Assembly: GCA_951406725.2 (NCBI GenBank)
Contig: OX597831.1
Location: forward strand, 65,906,001-65,970,000
From: Octopus vulgaris
Lineage: Eukaryota
Length of the DNA stretch: 64,000 bases
Direction: 5' to 3'
Numbering within the stretch: the first letter of the stretch is position 1; each line of letters starts with the position of its first letter. The position numbers and the translations under genes were made by a program. The notes under the pieces were generated by a model. That model saw nothing but the letters and a program-made list of their open reading frames with translations. It ran no database searches and was not told where the DNA came from. This document shows, piece after piece, positions 1 through 13,256 of the stretch.

Positions 1-114
1 TGTTGCTTAATTTGATTATAATCACCCCATGGAATTATATGGATAACACCATACAAAGTTCTGGTGCATCTAACTTAAGTACCATATTCATCTGAATCTA
101 AATTTTGCTGAACT

Positions 115-179
<65 letters not shown>

Positions 180-190
180 GTATATATATA

Positions 191-790
191 TTTAGCAGAA
201 GTAACAGAGTAACTCAGAGTCTGAGAGTTTCATGCGTTGGCACTTACTAAACTAGTTTAAGTCTCTGTTACTTCTGCTAAATATTAATAAAAATATACAT
301 CTACTCATATTTTGAGGTCTATTTTCCCTGTTTGCATCAACAAATACACACACACACACATGCACACACATTTGTTTTGGAGGAGTTTTGGATCAGGATG
401 CTTATATAAGTTGGATTTTTTCATTCTGAAGTGGATTTTTCCAATTTTTTTTCCATCACAGACTTTGAAATGATGGAGGGAAGCTTTTTATGAAAAAAAA
501 GTTTGGAAAATTTATGATTTCTTCTGCTCATCAGGACCGATTTTGGTCAACTTTTTTGCATTATGCACTTCAAAATGCTGGGAAAATTTGGAAAAGTCTC
601 TGTCAAAAGTATTCTTATCTGCGAGTATTCTTATCTGAAACTTTGTTGTATTTTTCTCTTTTTATCAATAAGCAGCAAAAGTTACAGAGTGACTGAAGAG
701 TTTCATGGCTTGGCACTTATTAATGCATGAAACTCTTCTCTCATTAACTATTCTGTAACTTCAACCAGCTATTAATTTTAAAAAAAACGT
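191..790. mobile_element. Two Penelope-like (PLE) fold-back remnants next to (TA)n, with degenerate hammerhead-like motif
   Basis: Inverted arms tttagcagaagtaacagag(191)/ctctgttacttctgctaaa(263-281). A related second copy at 672-770 has gagtttcatg...catgaaactc. The minus strand reads GTGC-caac-GCAT-GAAA-CTC. Confidence 0.5.
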
Positions 791-818
791 ATATATACTC
801 ATGTTATATATATATACA

Positions 819-1041
819 TGCTGGCAGAAACGTTAGCACGCCGGGCGAAATGCGTAGAAGTATTTCGTCTGTTGTTACGTTCCGAGTTCAAATTCTGCCG
901 AGGTCAACTTTGCTTTTCATCCTTTTGGGTTCGATAAATTAAGTACCAGTTTCGCACTGGGGTCGATGTAATCGACTCATTCCCTTTGTCTGTCCTTGTT
1001 TGTCCCCTCTATGTTTAGCCCCTTGTGGGTAGTAAAGAAAT
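819..1041 (+). mobile_element. Meta-domain-type SINE
   Basis: gctggcagaaacgttagc...gaggtcaactttgcttttcatccttttgggttcgataaattaagtaccag...aaagaaata. Near-identical copies at 9660, 19585, 29421 and 51099. Confidence 0.8.
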
Positions 1042-1087
1042 ACATATATATACATACATCTGTCTGTCTGTCTGTCTCTCTCTCTCT

Positions 1088-1139
<52 letters not shown>

Positions 1140-2073
1140 TAGTGTGAATATGTTATCTTTGATATATTTAAGATAGCGTATTTTTACATTGATTTTATAT
1201 CCTTATTTCACATATCTTTATAGTATATATTCACTAATATACACATAGCATGCAGGTGGGAATGGTGTTTAATGAAGGGTGGTATGTGCAGAGTATCTGA
1301 CGATGGTCGTTTAGCAGATGATGCAATTGCTATTGCAATCTTGCCTTCATTTTGGACAAAGAACAGACTGACCCTGTAGAGAAAAGTTTTACCTGACCTA
1401 CCCAACTTGTCAATAAACAAAGTTTTAGTGGTGAGAATCGTGTGACTGTTAAGTATCTACTTTTGAATTGTGAATTGCCTCTTTAATCTTCTAGAATGCT
1501 GCTTGTTGACTGCAATTTAAGTTTTTGAAATTTTCATTAAAGAAACTTTTTGTTCAATCTATGGAAATTTTCTAAGATCTTGTAGAATGAATGGGTTGCC
1601 TGCACTGATGTTGAAAGTATTCATGTTTGGTGTACTCACGAGGAGAGGAATTGTTTGATGTTCAGCCATATTCTCTTAAAATAAGTTCCATTTTTTTTTT
1701 GTAATGTAAGTAGTTTTATGTTATCATTGCTATCTTCTACTTCTAAAGCAGTCTCTTAATCTTCTGAAAGTTGTCTTTCAAATGCTGTAAATAATCTGTC
1801 AGAGTAGAAAAATCTTTGCAGTTGACATGGAGTTGCTAAAACATTTGCAAGCTCCATAGTTAGATGGTATTCACAGTAATCGTGTGCTAAATCCAATTTC
1901 AATAAAGTCTCTTCCTAACTAATGAAAACAACACCATTAACAGCTCTCATACTTTCAAATGAGGTAGTTCCAGAAATATGATGCAATAAAGCTCTCAGAA
2001 TTGCTTCTGTTCCTTTGGTGAAACAAAGTAAATACACCTAATTGTGAGTTTATTATTTTTTTCTGAGATGTCA

Positions 2074-2238
2074 GGCACAGGAGTGGCTGTGTGGTAAGTA
2101 GCTTGCTAACCAACCACATGGTTCTGGGTTCAGTTCCACTGCGTGGCATCATGGGCAAGTGTCTTCTGCTATAGCCCTGAGCCGACCAATGCCTTGTGAG
2201 TGGATTTGGTAGACGGAAACTGAAAGAAGCCTGTCGTA

Positions 2239-2293
<55 letters not shown>

Positions 2294-2500
2294 TTGTGTG
2301 TCTGTGTTTGTCCCCCTAGCATTGCTTGACAACCGATGCTGGTGTACTTATGTCCCCGTCACTTAGCGGTTCGGCAAAAAGAGACCGATAGAATAAGTAC
2401 TGGGCTTACAAAGAATAAGTCCCGGGGTCGAATTGCTCGACTAAAGGCGTCGCTCCAGCATGGCCGCAGTCAAATGACTGAAACAAGTAAAAGAGAGAGA
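2074..2500 (+). mobile_element. tRNA-derived (CORE-like) SINE with internal (TA)n(TG)n
   Basis: Head ggcacaggagtggctgtgtggtaag (A box), ggttcagttcc (B box), ttgggcaagtgtcttc-type core, tail gactgaaacaagtaaaagag. About 14 copies in the window. Confidence 0.85.
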
Positions 2501-2753
2501 GTCACATTTTCTAAGTATTATACCATTTGTGTAATCCAGGGAAATGTGCAAATGACTTAGCTGGTGATTCCTGGTTAAATTGCATCCATTCAGTGAGGGT
2601 AGACTTGTCATGAGTGTGGATAACATGTTGAATATTATCCTCCCCATTAAAGTAAATGGATTGCCGATGGGGTAAATGAACTGTATGCTGTTGGACTGCA
2701 GGATATGAAGCATGTAGTTTGAAACCCCAAATCCTCCAGACTGTCTCTGATGA

Positions 2754-3165
2754 CTCTCTTTTACTCTCTTTTACTTGTTTCAGTCATTTTGACTGCAGCC
2801 ATGCTGGAGCACCGCCTTTAGTCGAACAAATCGACCCCGGGACTTATTCTTTTGTAAGCCCAGTACTTATTCTATCATTCTCTTTTTGCCGAACCGCTAA
2901 GTGACGGGGACGTAAACACACCAGCATCGGTTGTCAATGCTAAGGGGACAAACACAGACACACAAACACACACATACATATAAATATATATATACATATA
3001 TATGACAGGCTTCTTTCAGTTTCCATCTACCAAATCCACTCACAAGGCATTGGTTGGCCCGGGGCTATAGCAGAAGACACTTGCCCAAGATACCACGCAG
3101 TGGGACTGAACCCGGAACCATGTGGTTGGCTAGCAAGCTACTTACCACACAGCCACTCCTGCGCC
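2754..3165 (-). mobile_element. tRNA-derived CORE-like SINE
   Basis: Reverse complement of the 2074 element. Confidence 0.85.
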
Positions 3166-4805
3166 TATATAATAGCCATTAATATAATTTTCTATTTCAT
3201 CTGTGTGTGTTTCTATTTATTATGTATTGGTTTGTTCATTAATATTAACTGCCATCTGATCACAACCTTTAAGAATATTTTTGCTAATTTATCTAACTGA
3301 TTTTACAGCCACACATACTCTATACATTACAATGACCTCCATATTTGACTAAAAAGAAGGGTAAATATGGTACAACTGAAAAATTATCTAATTTGACATT
3401 TGACTTTGTAAATGTAGGACCATTATTTCAACATCAGTCAAGTGGATAGCTGTTATAATTTTCCTGAGTCTTTAGGGAAATATTTTTTACATTTTCTCAC
3501 CAACCATGCATGTTGTATTAGGTTTATCTCCTACATGGACCATGTAGCATGCTTTTGGTGACATGTTGAAATAGAGTCGGTTGTGTTTGTGGATTTGGAA
3601 GTTCTGCATAAACAAACTTTTCATAATGTTCTGGATCTACCATTCTTTGTTTAATATGAACAACATATGATAATGGGGGAAATCCATGCTTTTGGAACTC
3701 TATAGTCTACATATACCCTACAGTCTTTCCCCAAAATGTTCTTCCAAATATCATATAAGAGATCCCTAAGTTTCATATTAAATACTCTATCAGTTAAGTC
3801 AATCTGTGATTTTTCTTTCCATTGGGAATTACAAGTGAAAGTGGTGAAGAAATTTGGTTTTTCTAATGTTTGAACAATTGCCATCGAGTCTTGGTGTAAT
3901 TTTTGCATCCATTGTGGTCCTCCTATGAATGCCGGTGGTATGATTACTCTTTTGCTGATATTTGAGCTATGGGAATACATGCAATCATGAATATTTTGTT
4001 AAATCTATGCCCTGATGTTTTTGATTATATCGATTCAACTGTAACCTTCAATCTTGGAATACACATCACAGTAATATTCCTAAGGTGAACCACCTGAGTT
4101 GTAAAGGAAATGGAAATCATGTTCCCAAATCATGAGCCCTATTTTTGTAAAAATCCATTTGTGATATTTTATGACTCTTACCTCCTACATCAGAAGTTGA
4201 CCCTTTATCCCCTACCATCAAATGGAAATAGCAATGAGAACCACCATGGGTCATAATTTGAAAGCATTGAATTGATTGTTCAAAGGAGTGATTCATCAGT
4301 AACACACCCTTTACACAGTGTCAGAGGTTTTTGTGGTTGTATTGTGTCTAAACATCTGGCATAATTACTGCAACTTCTGTAGCTAGACAACTGCATGTCT
4401 GGTTACAAGCTGTAGGAATGTATTTGCTTTTTGGAATAACCATTGAGAACTTTGTATTAACAGTGCCAAAATATTCTGCTGTTATTTTGCTGAGGAGGTC
4501 AAGACTTGAGAACGTCACATTGCCAGAGGACCCTGTACTTTGTCATCTCATCTCTTAAACCCTGAGTTATGCAATATCAGCCTTCACCACTTCATCATAG
4601 GTCTTTCAGTAAAGTGTGGTTTAAGGGAGATTTGGCTGCCGTTTTTAGCATGTTGAGCGACCATATAGAGATTTAACTCAACGATAATGTGTGTCTGCTG
4701 GATCCGGGCTGACATACTCATTTGAAATGTTCTTAATTATGTCAATAGAATGTGCATTTATAAAACAATGAAAAATCACTGCCTAAATACTGCCAATATA
4801 TATAT

Positions 4806-4807
<2 letters not shown>

Positions 4808-4843
<36 letters not shown>

Positions 4844-5208
4844 TTAGCGTCCGTTTTCCATGCTAGCATGGGTTGGACGGTTCAACTGGGGTCTGTGAAG
4901 CTGGAAGGCTTCATCAGGCCCAGTCAGATCTGGCAGTGTTTCTATGGCTGGATGCCCTTCCTAACGCCAACCACTCCGTGAGTGTAGTGGGTGCTTTTTG
5001 CGTGCCATCCGCACAGGTGCCAGACAGAGCTGGCAAACGGCCACGAACGGATGGTGCTTTTACGTGTCACCGGCACTGGGGCCAGGTGAGGCTGGCAACG
5101 GACACGAACGGATGGTGCTTTTTACGTGCCACCGGCACGGGGGCCAGGCAAGGCTGGCAACGGACACAAACGGATGGTGCTTTTACGTGCCACCAACATG
5201 GGGGCCAG
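4808..5208 (-). mobile_element. RTE-related SINE/3' end with (GAT)n tail and internal ~62-bp tandem repeat
   Basis: (CAT)n then tttagcgtccgttttccatgctagcatggg...ggatgcccttcctaacgccaacc. Units ggtgcttttacgtgccaccggcac start at 4990, 5053, 5114 and 5176. Confidence 0.7.
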
Positions 5209-5329
5209 ACAGATATAAAACTTACTTAGAAGTGGATGCATGCATTCTATCTTATAATAACAAAATAATAAATAAAACATATGCATATATACATACATAT
5301 ATGTACGTACCTACATCTACATGCATATA

Positions 5330-5491
5330 TGGGTACAGGACACAAAAAAAACGTCGAACACAATGAGAAACAAAATCATAAAAACAAAACCAAAGAAATG
5401 GACATTTTTCTTAAACAACGAAAAAACAGAGTACAAGACACAACACAAGGAACATTCCCCTTCTTCAGCCGCCTCTGTTTCATCTACTCCG

Positions 5492-5492
<1 letters not shown>
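5330..5492 (-). mobile_element. PLE terminal-repeat fragment
   Basis: Same family as 44700-44875 (which abuts a PLE RT fragment) and 48558-48720. Minus strand has ctgaagaagggg. Sits next to (TA)n. Confidence 0.55.
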
Positions 5493-5534
<42 letters not shown>

Positions 5535-5538
<4 letters not shown>

Positions 5539-5750
5539 ATCCAAACATGAAAACACACAAAAACACAACAACGCGAGGACGTGGAACAAATATAGTATTA
5601 TTGGACGCTCAGGAAAGAAGGAAACAAGGAAGGTTTAACGTTTCGGGCAGAGCTCTTCGTCGGAAACATAGGAAAAGGAAAGATCCAGAGAAAGGAAGAC
5701 AGAGGAAAAAAAATCGCCAACGGTACACATGCGGTCGCATTTTGAATATA
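5535..5750 (-). mobile_element. PLE pLTR with degenerate minimal hammerhead (5633-5667)
   Basis: Reverse complement of the 47565-47790 element. Minus strand GTTT-CCGACGA-AGAGctctgCCC-GAAA-C-GTT-AAAC. Confidence 0.7.
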
Positions 5751-5779
5751 TAAATATGAATAGAGAGAGAGAGATAGAG

Positions 5780-5812
<33 letters not shown>

Positions 5813-6614
5813 TACAAACATGTATTCACATTATTGTTACCCTTTTGATGCAAATCCAATGAAAGGAGTGTGCTGTTTTTTTTAAGGTGGTGCTCCACCA
5901 TGGCTGCAGCCAAGTGACTGAAACAAGTAAAAGAATATTGCTTTTTGTTTATATATATATACTGTGCAGTAATACAATAAGTGAAGCAAACCAACATATA
6001 GATGCATAATAGCAATGTTATCTTAGTATTTCTTGTGTTGAAAAAGAAAAATGAATGCATGCAAAGCGTGCAAACAGTTGAAAACGTAAAATTTAAAGCA
6101 GACAAATATAAAATGAAATATTGCAAAGCTGTTGCGAATAGAACGTGTATTCTTAAAAAGCAATGATGAACAAACGAAAAATATGATATGTTAAAAAGAC
6201 AATGAAACAGAAGCTGTAATAATCCTTTCTAATATAGGTACGACTGGCATAAGTTGTAATAAGAAGAAAAATTTCGACACAAAACGTTGTCAGCAAAGAA
6301 AACAGGTTTAAAACATAATATTATTAGTATGAAATAAGCAAGAAGAAAACACTATTACTGATAATGAATTAAAAAACAAAATGCTATGAAAAATTTTGAA
6401 TGACTTTAGTAGACATATTTGAATATTCAATAGTTTGCCAAGTAGAAATTAAAAGAAAAATATGTTACTTACACAAACTGTACCTCAGTCTTGGAGATTT
6501 CCCTCAGAGCAGGACCCAGTATGAAGGGATTCGATATGCATGCATTACCGGAAGGGCATAGTAAACATTTTAAAAAATATGTGGTAGATATATATATATA
6601 TATATATATATATT

Positions 6615-7028
6615 CTTTTATTCTTTTATTCTCTTACTTGTTTCAGTCATTTGACTGCGGCCACGCTGGAGCACTGCCTTTAGTCGAGCGAATCGACTCT
6701 GGGACTTATTCTTTGTAAGCCCAGTACTTATTCTATCGGTCTCTTTTGCCGAACCGCTAAGTTACGGGGACGTAAACACACCAGCATTGGTTGTCAAGCA
6801 ATGCTAGGGGGACAAACACAGACACACAAACACACACACATACATACATATATATATACATGTATTCGACAGGCTTCTTTCAGTTTCCGTCTACCAAATC
6901 CACTCACAAGGCATTGGTCGGTCCAGGGCTATAGCAGAAGACACTTGCCCAAGATGCCACGCAGTGGGACTGAACCCGAACCATGTGGTTGGTTAGCAAG
7001 CTACTTACCACATAGCCGCTCCTGTGCC
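6615..7028 (-). mobile_element. tRNA-derived CORE-like SINE
   Basis: Full copy of the 2074 family. Confidence 0.85.
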
Positions 7029-7639
7029 TTTATATATATATAAAACTTTAAAAGGCAGTGTATAGCCTGAGGTGGATTTATTAGTCCAAAAACGTTAGTT
7101 TTTAATATTACTGGTTTATAAGCCAATGGCATTGTATGCAATAACCAACTGATCAATCTGAAGAATAATTTCAGGTTAAGAAATATGAATTTTCGCAAAT
7201 TGTAAATTCATAGTGAAGTGAATGTGTTTATTATCAAAATAATGGGCAGGGGGACTCTGAGAATTTCGATAACGTGGTGGGAAGAATTTAACATATAGAA
7301 CGCCGAATGTGGAAAAACCTATTTTATTTTAACAACATCAAGGTTATTTTCAAATTATGAATTGAATAAATAAAAATCAATTTGTTTGATTCATTATAAA
7401 CTGAGTTAATTAGTATCAGTATTTCAATAAATTAATAACAACAAATAAATCTTTCTTGTTATTATAGGTTTATCAAAATGACAATTAAAATGAAGTTGAA
7501 AGGCTATCAAAGATCTATTAAAACAGACAACCAACCTTTGTAGTCATGCATCTCTGTTATTCTGAACAATTGTCCCCCAAGGAAACATAACTGGTCTTGT
7601 GATGTTTTCTTGAGGGACATTTATTTTTATTGCAGCCAC

Positions 7640-8400
7640 AATGAAAATAAATGAAATACGAAAATGGGTTCGTTATCAACAAAAAATAAGTTAGAGAATG
7701 GTGAAAATTTGAGGAAATTTTTAAAACAGTAGCGAGAGATGAGTATGCAAATAGAGGTCAGATTTAGATACAGTGATATTAAATTGGATAGAAGACCAAA
7801 AACAGAGAGGCATGGTGGTGATGAAGTCTCTCATCTGTCTTCAGCCATTAAAATAAGCCACTAAGAAGAAACAGCTGTCGAGAGACTTTAAAGTAACAAT
7901 GGGTTGGTGTTCAAGATATATGAAGCAAGAGAATTTGATATTGAGACAGAGAATTTTGAAAAAAAATAACTAAGTTCCAGAGTTTCCTAATATGTGAAAA
8001 AGATGTGAATACAATCTCAGCTAAACTGCAAATGCTTTTCAACATCGTCAGCAATAGAACAGTCAATGTTGTAGGAACAAAATGTTTTCTCACCAAGACA
8101 AAGAGGGCATGGAAAACAGTATCTCACTGTAGTGTTACCATGTGCGGCAGAAGGCACAAAATTACATCACATGGTAATTTAACTTTTAAGTGGAAAATAA
8201 TGCCAAAGAAAAATATCTACCCTCTGGGTAGAAATTTTTCTTTGTAGTCCATGCTCAAGAGAAAGGGTAGAGCATGATAGTTGTATTAAATGGATTTCTA
8301 ATGTATGAGCTTGTGGGCCATGTGAATTATTAAAACCACCATCACTACTGGTGTGGGACATGTTTAAGTCCCACTTGTCTGACCGTCCAAGGAAGAACCA
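7640..8400 (+). pseudogene. pogo/Tigger-type DDE transposase remnant
   Basis: Translated fragments GWCSRYMKQENLILRQR, NRTVNVVGTK, CAAEGTKL..MVI and PSLLVWDMFKSHL are typical pogo DDE_1 motifs. Frameshifted. Confidence 0.75.
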
Positions 8401-8537
8401 AAAACGCTGAACATTATTCTCCTGCCTTTATTCTTCAAACTACTTTTACTTTTTATTCTTCTATTTTATTCCTTATAAACCATGACTTTTATTCCTTGTT
8501 AACTGTAAATTTTTCCCTGTCTAAAATATTCATACCT

Positions 8538-8615
8538 TGCCTTTGATGACGGAACACCCAGTACACAGATATGTTAACCAATCACCTGGGTTATCCCAGA
8601 AACAGCAGTAAAACT
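8538..8615 (+). ncRNA. Degenerate hammerhead-like motif with long stem II (PLE remnant ~8400-8640)
   Basis: TTGATGA-c-GGAacACCCAG...CTGGGTtaTCC-ca-GAAA-CAGCAG-TA. CAGCAG is one change from the palindromic CAGCTG stem III seen in PLE hammerheads. Confidence 0.45.
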
Positions 8616-8650
8616 TCAAATTCACCTGACCCTAATTAAATTATTCTAAA

Positions 8651-9038
8651 CTGGCAGTATCGCCCGGCGTTGCTCGGGTTTGTAAGGGAAATAACTATAT
8701 AAGCATTTTTAGAGTGTTATAGGCAAAAAGTAGCAAAAAAATGCTTTAAAAAGAGAAAAAAATATATGGTAAATTTTTTTTTAAATCGTTGACTCATCGT
8801 AGATATTTTTAGAGAGTTACTTCCCTTATATAATAGCAAAAAAATGCATTAAAATGGAAAAAATGATGGTAAATTTTTTTAAAATCGTAGACTCATCGTA
8901 GACGCTCACTAATACCCAGAAGGGCTCGATATGAATCACGACTATAAGATTTGGTTAAACTGCACCGCAAAATGTGGGAGTAGTTAGGAATCTAAATCGT
9001 AGGAGACAGACACACAACCTCTCTTTTATATATAAAGA
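8651..9038 (-). mobile_element. Non-autonomous Helitron
   Basis: Minus strand starts A|TCTTTATATATAAAAG and ends with hairpin cccgagcaacgccggg...CCAG|T. Shares both ends with 15247-16090. Confidence 0.8.
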
Positions 9039-9659
9039 TGACTTGAGATACTCATTCTGCCTTGGTTTTGATTTTTCCTCTAATATTATATATTTATAAA
9101 ATAATTAAGATTCAGTTGAGTTAGGTACTTAAATTGAGGCATCAAACCAGTTCGGTATAGTCCACACAGCTCGAAGTTAGGTGAATAAAAAGCAAGTGAG
9201 TAACAAGAATGTCCAGGTATCAATGCATTACGGCCATTTCAAATTGCTCCATTTAATCAACCAATGTAAACATTTACATCAATTTGCAAGAAACTGCTCT
9301 CCTCAGTACAGACGACCATATAGATTTCCAATACGAAGGACAAGCCATTTTTTAGCACGATTTACATCAATACTAGAAACCAAAACAATTACATTGCTTT
9401 CCTTTGCTATGCTAGTGACAAAATGAATTTAGGGGAAAATGCATTTCTAAAGCCTACTATAATTTAGAGAGTAGCAGAGGAAAATAGTGGGGGTCAAGAA
9501 AAAGAAGTGGTGAGATAGTTAATATATATTTATCTTTATAAGATTTTATGCAGCATATAGTCTACAACCAGAATTAAATCTATTGGGAGTTGACAGTTAA
9601 GTTCCAGTTGATGATGATAAATTAATTAATGTCAGATACTCTTTCTGACTCTTATTTTA

Positions 9660-9862
9660 TGCCGGGCAAAATGCTCAGCAATATTTCGTCTGCAGCTACG
9701 TTCTGAGTTCAAATTCTGCTGAGGTCGACTTTGCCTTTCATCCTTTAGGGGTCGATTAAACAAGTACCAGTTATGCACTGGGGTCAATATAATCGACTTA
9801 ATCCCTTTGTATGTCCTTGTTTGTCCCTTCTGTGTTTAGCCCCTTGTGGGTAGTAAAGAAAT
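9660..9862 (+). mobile_element. Meta-domain-type SINE (5'-truncated)
   Basis: Matches 819-1041. Confidence 0.8.
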
Positions 9863-10306
9863 ATATTTTACTGGGGCCATATATCTAGCTTTATCTACAT
9901 AAAGGGATATGTCTCAGAGCTGCTAGTAAGTGAATGACTAATGGGGTAGAGGTGATAACTATAAGGAGGAAGGGCAAGGGTCGGCTAGTACATACCTAGA
10001 TTATCAAATAAAAGGAGAATAAAGTGGAAAACAAAAGAGATCAAAGTAAGTTCTAAGGGTGAGAAGTAGAACCAAGGGTTACTAAGTGTATCATAACTTT
10101 ATCATAATAAATTTATCATAATAAAAATTTAGACAAGGATTTTAGAACAATATAAAGGAAAAAGGATAGATAACTTAAACCTTAAAAATGGAGTACTTTA
10201 ATATATTGGAAAGTTCATAAGGTCTTTCTTAATCATAATAATAAAGCTAATCCACAATGAATTTATAAGTAAATTAAATTATCATCTGAGTATGAGTACA
10301 TAGTTT

Positions 10307-10432
10307 ATCACCGTGATCACCATGACCGACCAGGCTATCAGATGTTGCTACACGTCGCTGGTCACAATGCGCTTCACATTGTTTTAGCCTCCAAATGATG
10401 CTACCCTGCTGGCTAAGTGAGCAGGCCAACAT
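10307..10432 (-). mobile_element. SINE tail fragment (tail type A of the modular SINE family)
   Basis: Matches 34061-34185. Confidence 0.7.
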
Positions 10433-10477
10433 AGTTTATATTAAATCAAAATCAGGATCATTATTCTTATTACAGGA

Positions 10478-10748
10478 GTATCATCATCACCATCATCATC
10501 ATCGTTTAACGTCCGCTTTCCATGCTAGCATGGGTTGGACGGTTCAACTGGGGCCTGGGAAGCCAGAAGGCTGCACCAGGCCCAGTCTGATCTGGCAGTG
10601 TTTCTACAGCTGGATGCCCTTCCTAACACCAACCACTCCATGAGTGTAGTGGGTGCTTTTTACATGCCACCAGCACAGGTGCCAGACGAGGCTGGCAAAC
10701 GGCCACGATCAGATGGTGCTTTTTATGTGCCACTGGCACGGAGGCCAG
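10478..10748 (-). mobile_element. RTE-related SINE/3' end
   Basis: Matches the 4808 family, about 1.5 internal units. Confidence 0.7.
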
Positions 10749-11790
10749 TTGGGCTGTATTAACTGTATAATAGAGTACAAGTAGAAGTAAAATCTAAAAG
10801 CTTTTTTACTCCAATTGATTGATTGTGGGGAGGGGAGCAAAATTAGTAACCAAGATAAAATGAGTCATTTCTGATCTCTTGCTATTTTCTCCCTACTTGC
10901 TTGAAATCATTACATTGTATTAGATCATCATTTTGTACTGTTACATCATCTTTAGGAGTAAAAATTGGTCAGTACAGTTGTTGCTGTTGAGAGAGTTTGA
11001 AACCTAGTCAGGTGACAGTAACAGGTACTTGTTTTTTTTTTCAAGAAAATTTTCCTCATCTTTGATCCGATTATAACTGAAGTTGCTAATAAAATATCTG
11101 GATAATCTTTGGTGTTCAACAATCACTGTTCTTTTCTCTGTTGAATTCCAAGTCAATTTTTTTCTCATATTTAATGTCTAATTGAATATTTTTTTAATTT
11201 TCAAAAAATGATGTCTAAATTGGGAAAAATGAGTTATGACTAATTTTCAATAATCTATTCTCTATAACTGCATGATGCATAAATATGTCAGGAAGAAAGC
11301 TACTCCAGAAGATCGTGAAGAAACCATAGAGAATATTTTATATTGTTTTTTGATTAGGTCAAGTTATGTTAATTTCATATCATGTGCTATTTTTCCATGA
11401 TCCTCTTTCATTTCACCTAAATATTTTAACTTTTTATTGCATTTCTGATCTTTCTGATGGCTAAAGATGGATACTGATTTGTATAAGACTGTTTTCAAAT
11501 GTAATTCTGGAGAATTAAAGTAACAAACTTACCTTATTGTGGCTTACTCATTTTGTTCCAGTTAAATTTGTATTTTACACACTCAAAGAGAATGGCAATA
11601 GTTTTCAGAAATATTATTCAGATTGTTATAGTATTTTTAATGCATTCAGACCATAAACACTTTTTCACATAATCATGAAACTTATGGAGGAATTCAGGTT
11701 TTTCCATAATTTTTACAATTTTATTCATGAGGCTGAAATATATGCCCCCTCCCACTATGGACAGGGCCCAAGATTAAGACTTAATCTTAA

Positions 11791-11995
11791 CCCTTTTGTT
11801 ACCGTATTTATTTTGAGATGATCTGTGTTTCTTTCAATTATTTTAAATATAACAAAGAATTTAGTAAAATAACTTTGTTATCATTCAGCTAGTGTTAGGA
11901 ACATAAATTATGATTAAGGTTTGGTGGAAGATTTTAATTCAAAACTCATGAAAACAAGACATTTGTACTCAGAGCCAGAGTTGGTAACAAAAGGG
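11791..11995. mobile_element. piggyBac-type MITE
   Basis: TTAA|CCCTTTTGTTACC ... GGTAACAAAAGGG|TTAA: 13-bp TIR and TTAA TSD. Confidence 0.85.
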
Positions 11996-12423
11996 TTAAG
12001 TCTAAGGAATTCACATATCAAGTTTGAGTCTACTGGTTTTTCAGAACATAGATGACAAACAAACATGCAAGCAATCAATATTATATAGAGAGATAATACA
12101 AATACCCACACTATATATGACATGACCATTATAGCACATCTTATTTGTCTGAATAGAATGGATGCTCATATGAGCACTCATGACTGTATCCTTCAAGAAA
12201 ATCCCCCCTAACTGTATTCATTGGGAAGATCGATGCTGTGATATGAGTTTATTTATTATAAAGTGTCATTAGACATTGTCATTTGTTTATAACCTGGTCA
12301 CTGATACAATCTCACTTTCAAGTCAGCGTATTTGGAAACTTGGTACAACTCTGAAAATTTTCAAATTTCTTAGCCTCTTTAAAGTGTCATTAATTTTAAC
12401 TGCTAAAATGTGGAATGCCAGTA

Positions 12424-12765
12424 TCTCTATGTCTCTATCTCTATAAACGGCAAAATGTCTGCATGTGTGTCCTTTATACAAATCCACAATTTTTCAGTTA
12501 GAGAGCTTGCACTTTCTATGGTCATTCAAAACTGTCCAAGGGTGGTCGTGCACATTTTTACATTTCCCCAGTCAACCCCGCAAAGCCATTAAAAAAATCA
12601 ATAGAAGTGACTTTTTTGTGAATTTTCTATCCAAAATCCAATCAAAATGCCCAAAACTTGATACGCCAATTGAATGTTTGGTAGCTGTATGTGATTGGTC
12701 TGAGATTTGGACAGTATTCGCGTGTATGTGCGCATGCACACAGCTGTATATGCATGCACTAGCAC
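12424..12765 (+). mobile_element. Probable non-autonomous Helitron 5' portion
   Basis: a|tctctat...tctataaacggcaaaatgtctgcatgtgtg is a typical Helitron 5' end. The 3' end is unclear. Confidence 0.4.
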
Positions 12766-13256
12766 TATATAAACTATCAAACTCTTATTTATTTCAGCTC
12801 CAGTTTCTATTGAAAAAAATGAAATCTACAGAATAATACACAAAACATGTATTATTCTTTTTACCAAAGATTATTTTTTGATATTTACACAAACACATAT
12901 AGCCATGCACAGATGCTCACATACATACATACATACACATACTCCACTCAGTATATACACTGTGTGAAAACAATTAATTTTGATAATTAAGGGCAATAAT
13001 AAGAATTTAACATTGTATTACATTTTTCCTATAAAATTTGCCACTGGCAACACAAATGCTGAAAGTGCTGAATTTTACTGTTTACTTTTTTAATCAAATA
13101 GAATGTTCGGCATTTGTTGTGGATGTTTGTGAAATTCAGTGCAAGACAACATTTCAACTACATCGTTGTTAATAAGAAGCAAAATAATTAAGAAACTAAT
13201 ATATTGTTTTTCTGAAAAAAGCTTATATTCTTAGAGCAAATTTTTTGTACTTTATC

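Larger units (their letters stand above)
1200..4500 (-). pseudogene. Decayed Helitron Rep/helicase (RepHel) coding region, interrupted by two SINEs
   Basis: 3651-3980 IPPAFIGGPQWMQKLHQDSMAIV..KPNFFTTFTCN matches the Helitron Rep motif. 1208-1420 FIDKLGRSGKTFLY..GKIAIAIASS matches PIF1 helicase motif I. Many stops and frameshifts. Confidence 0.85.

Noticed and set aside
4990-5208. CRISPR-like regularly spaced repeats
   Set aside because: Whole ~62-bp units repeat with no unique spacers. It lies inside a eukaryotic SINE with no cas genes.
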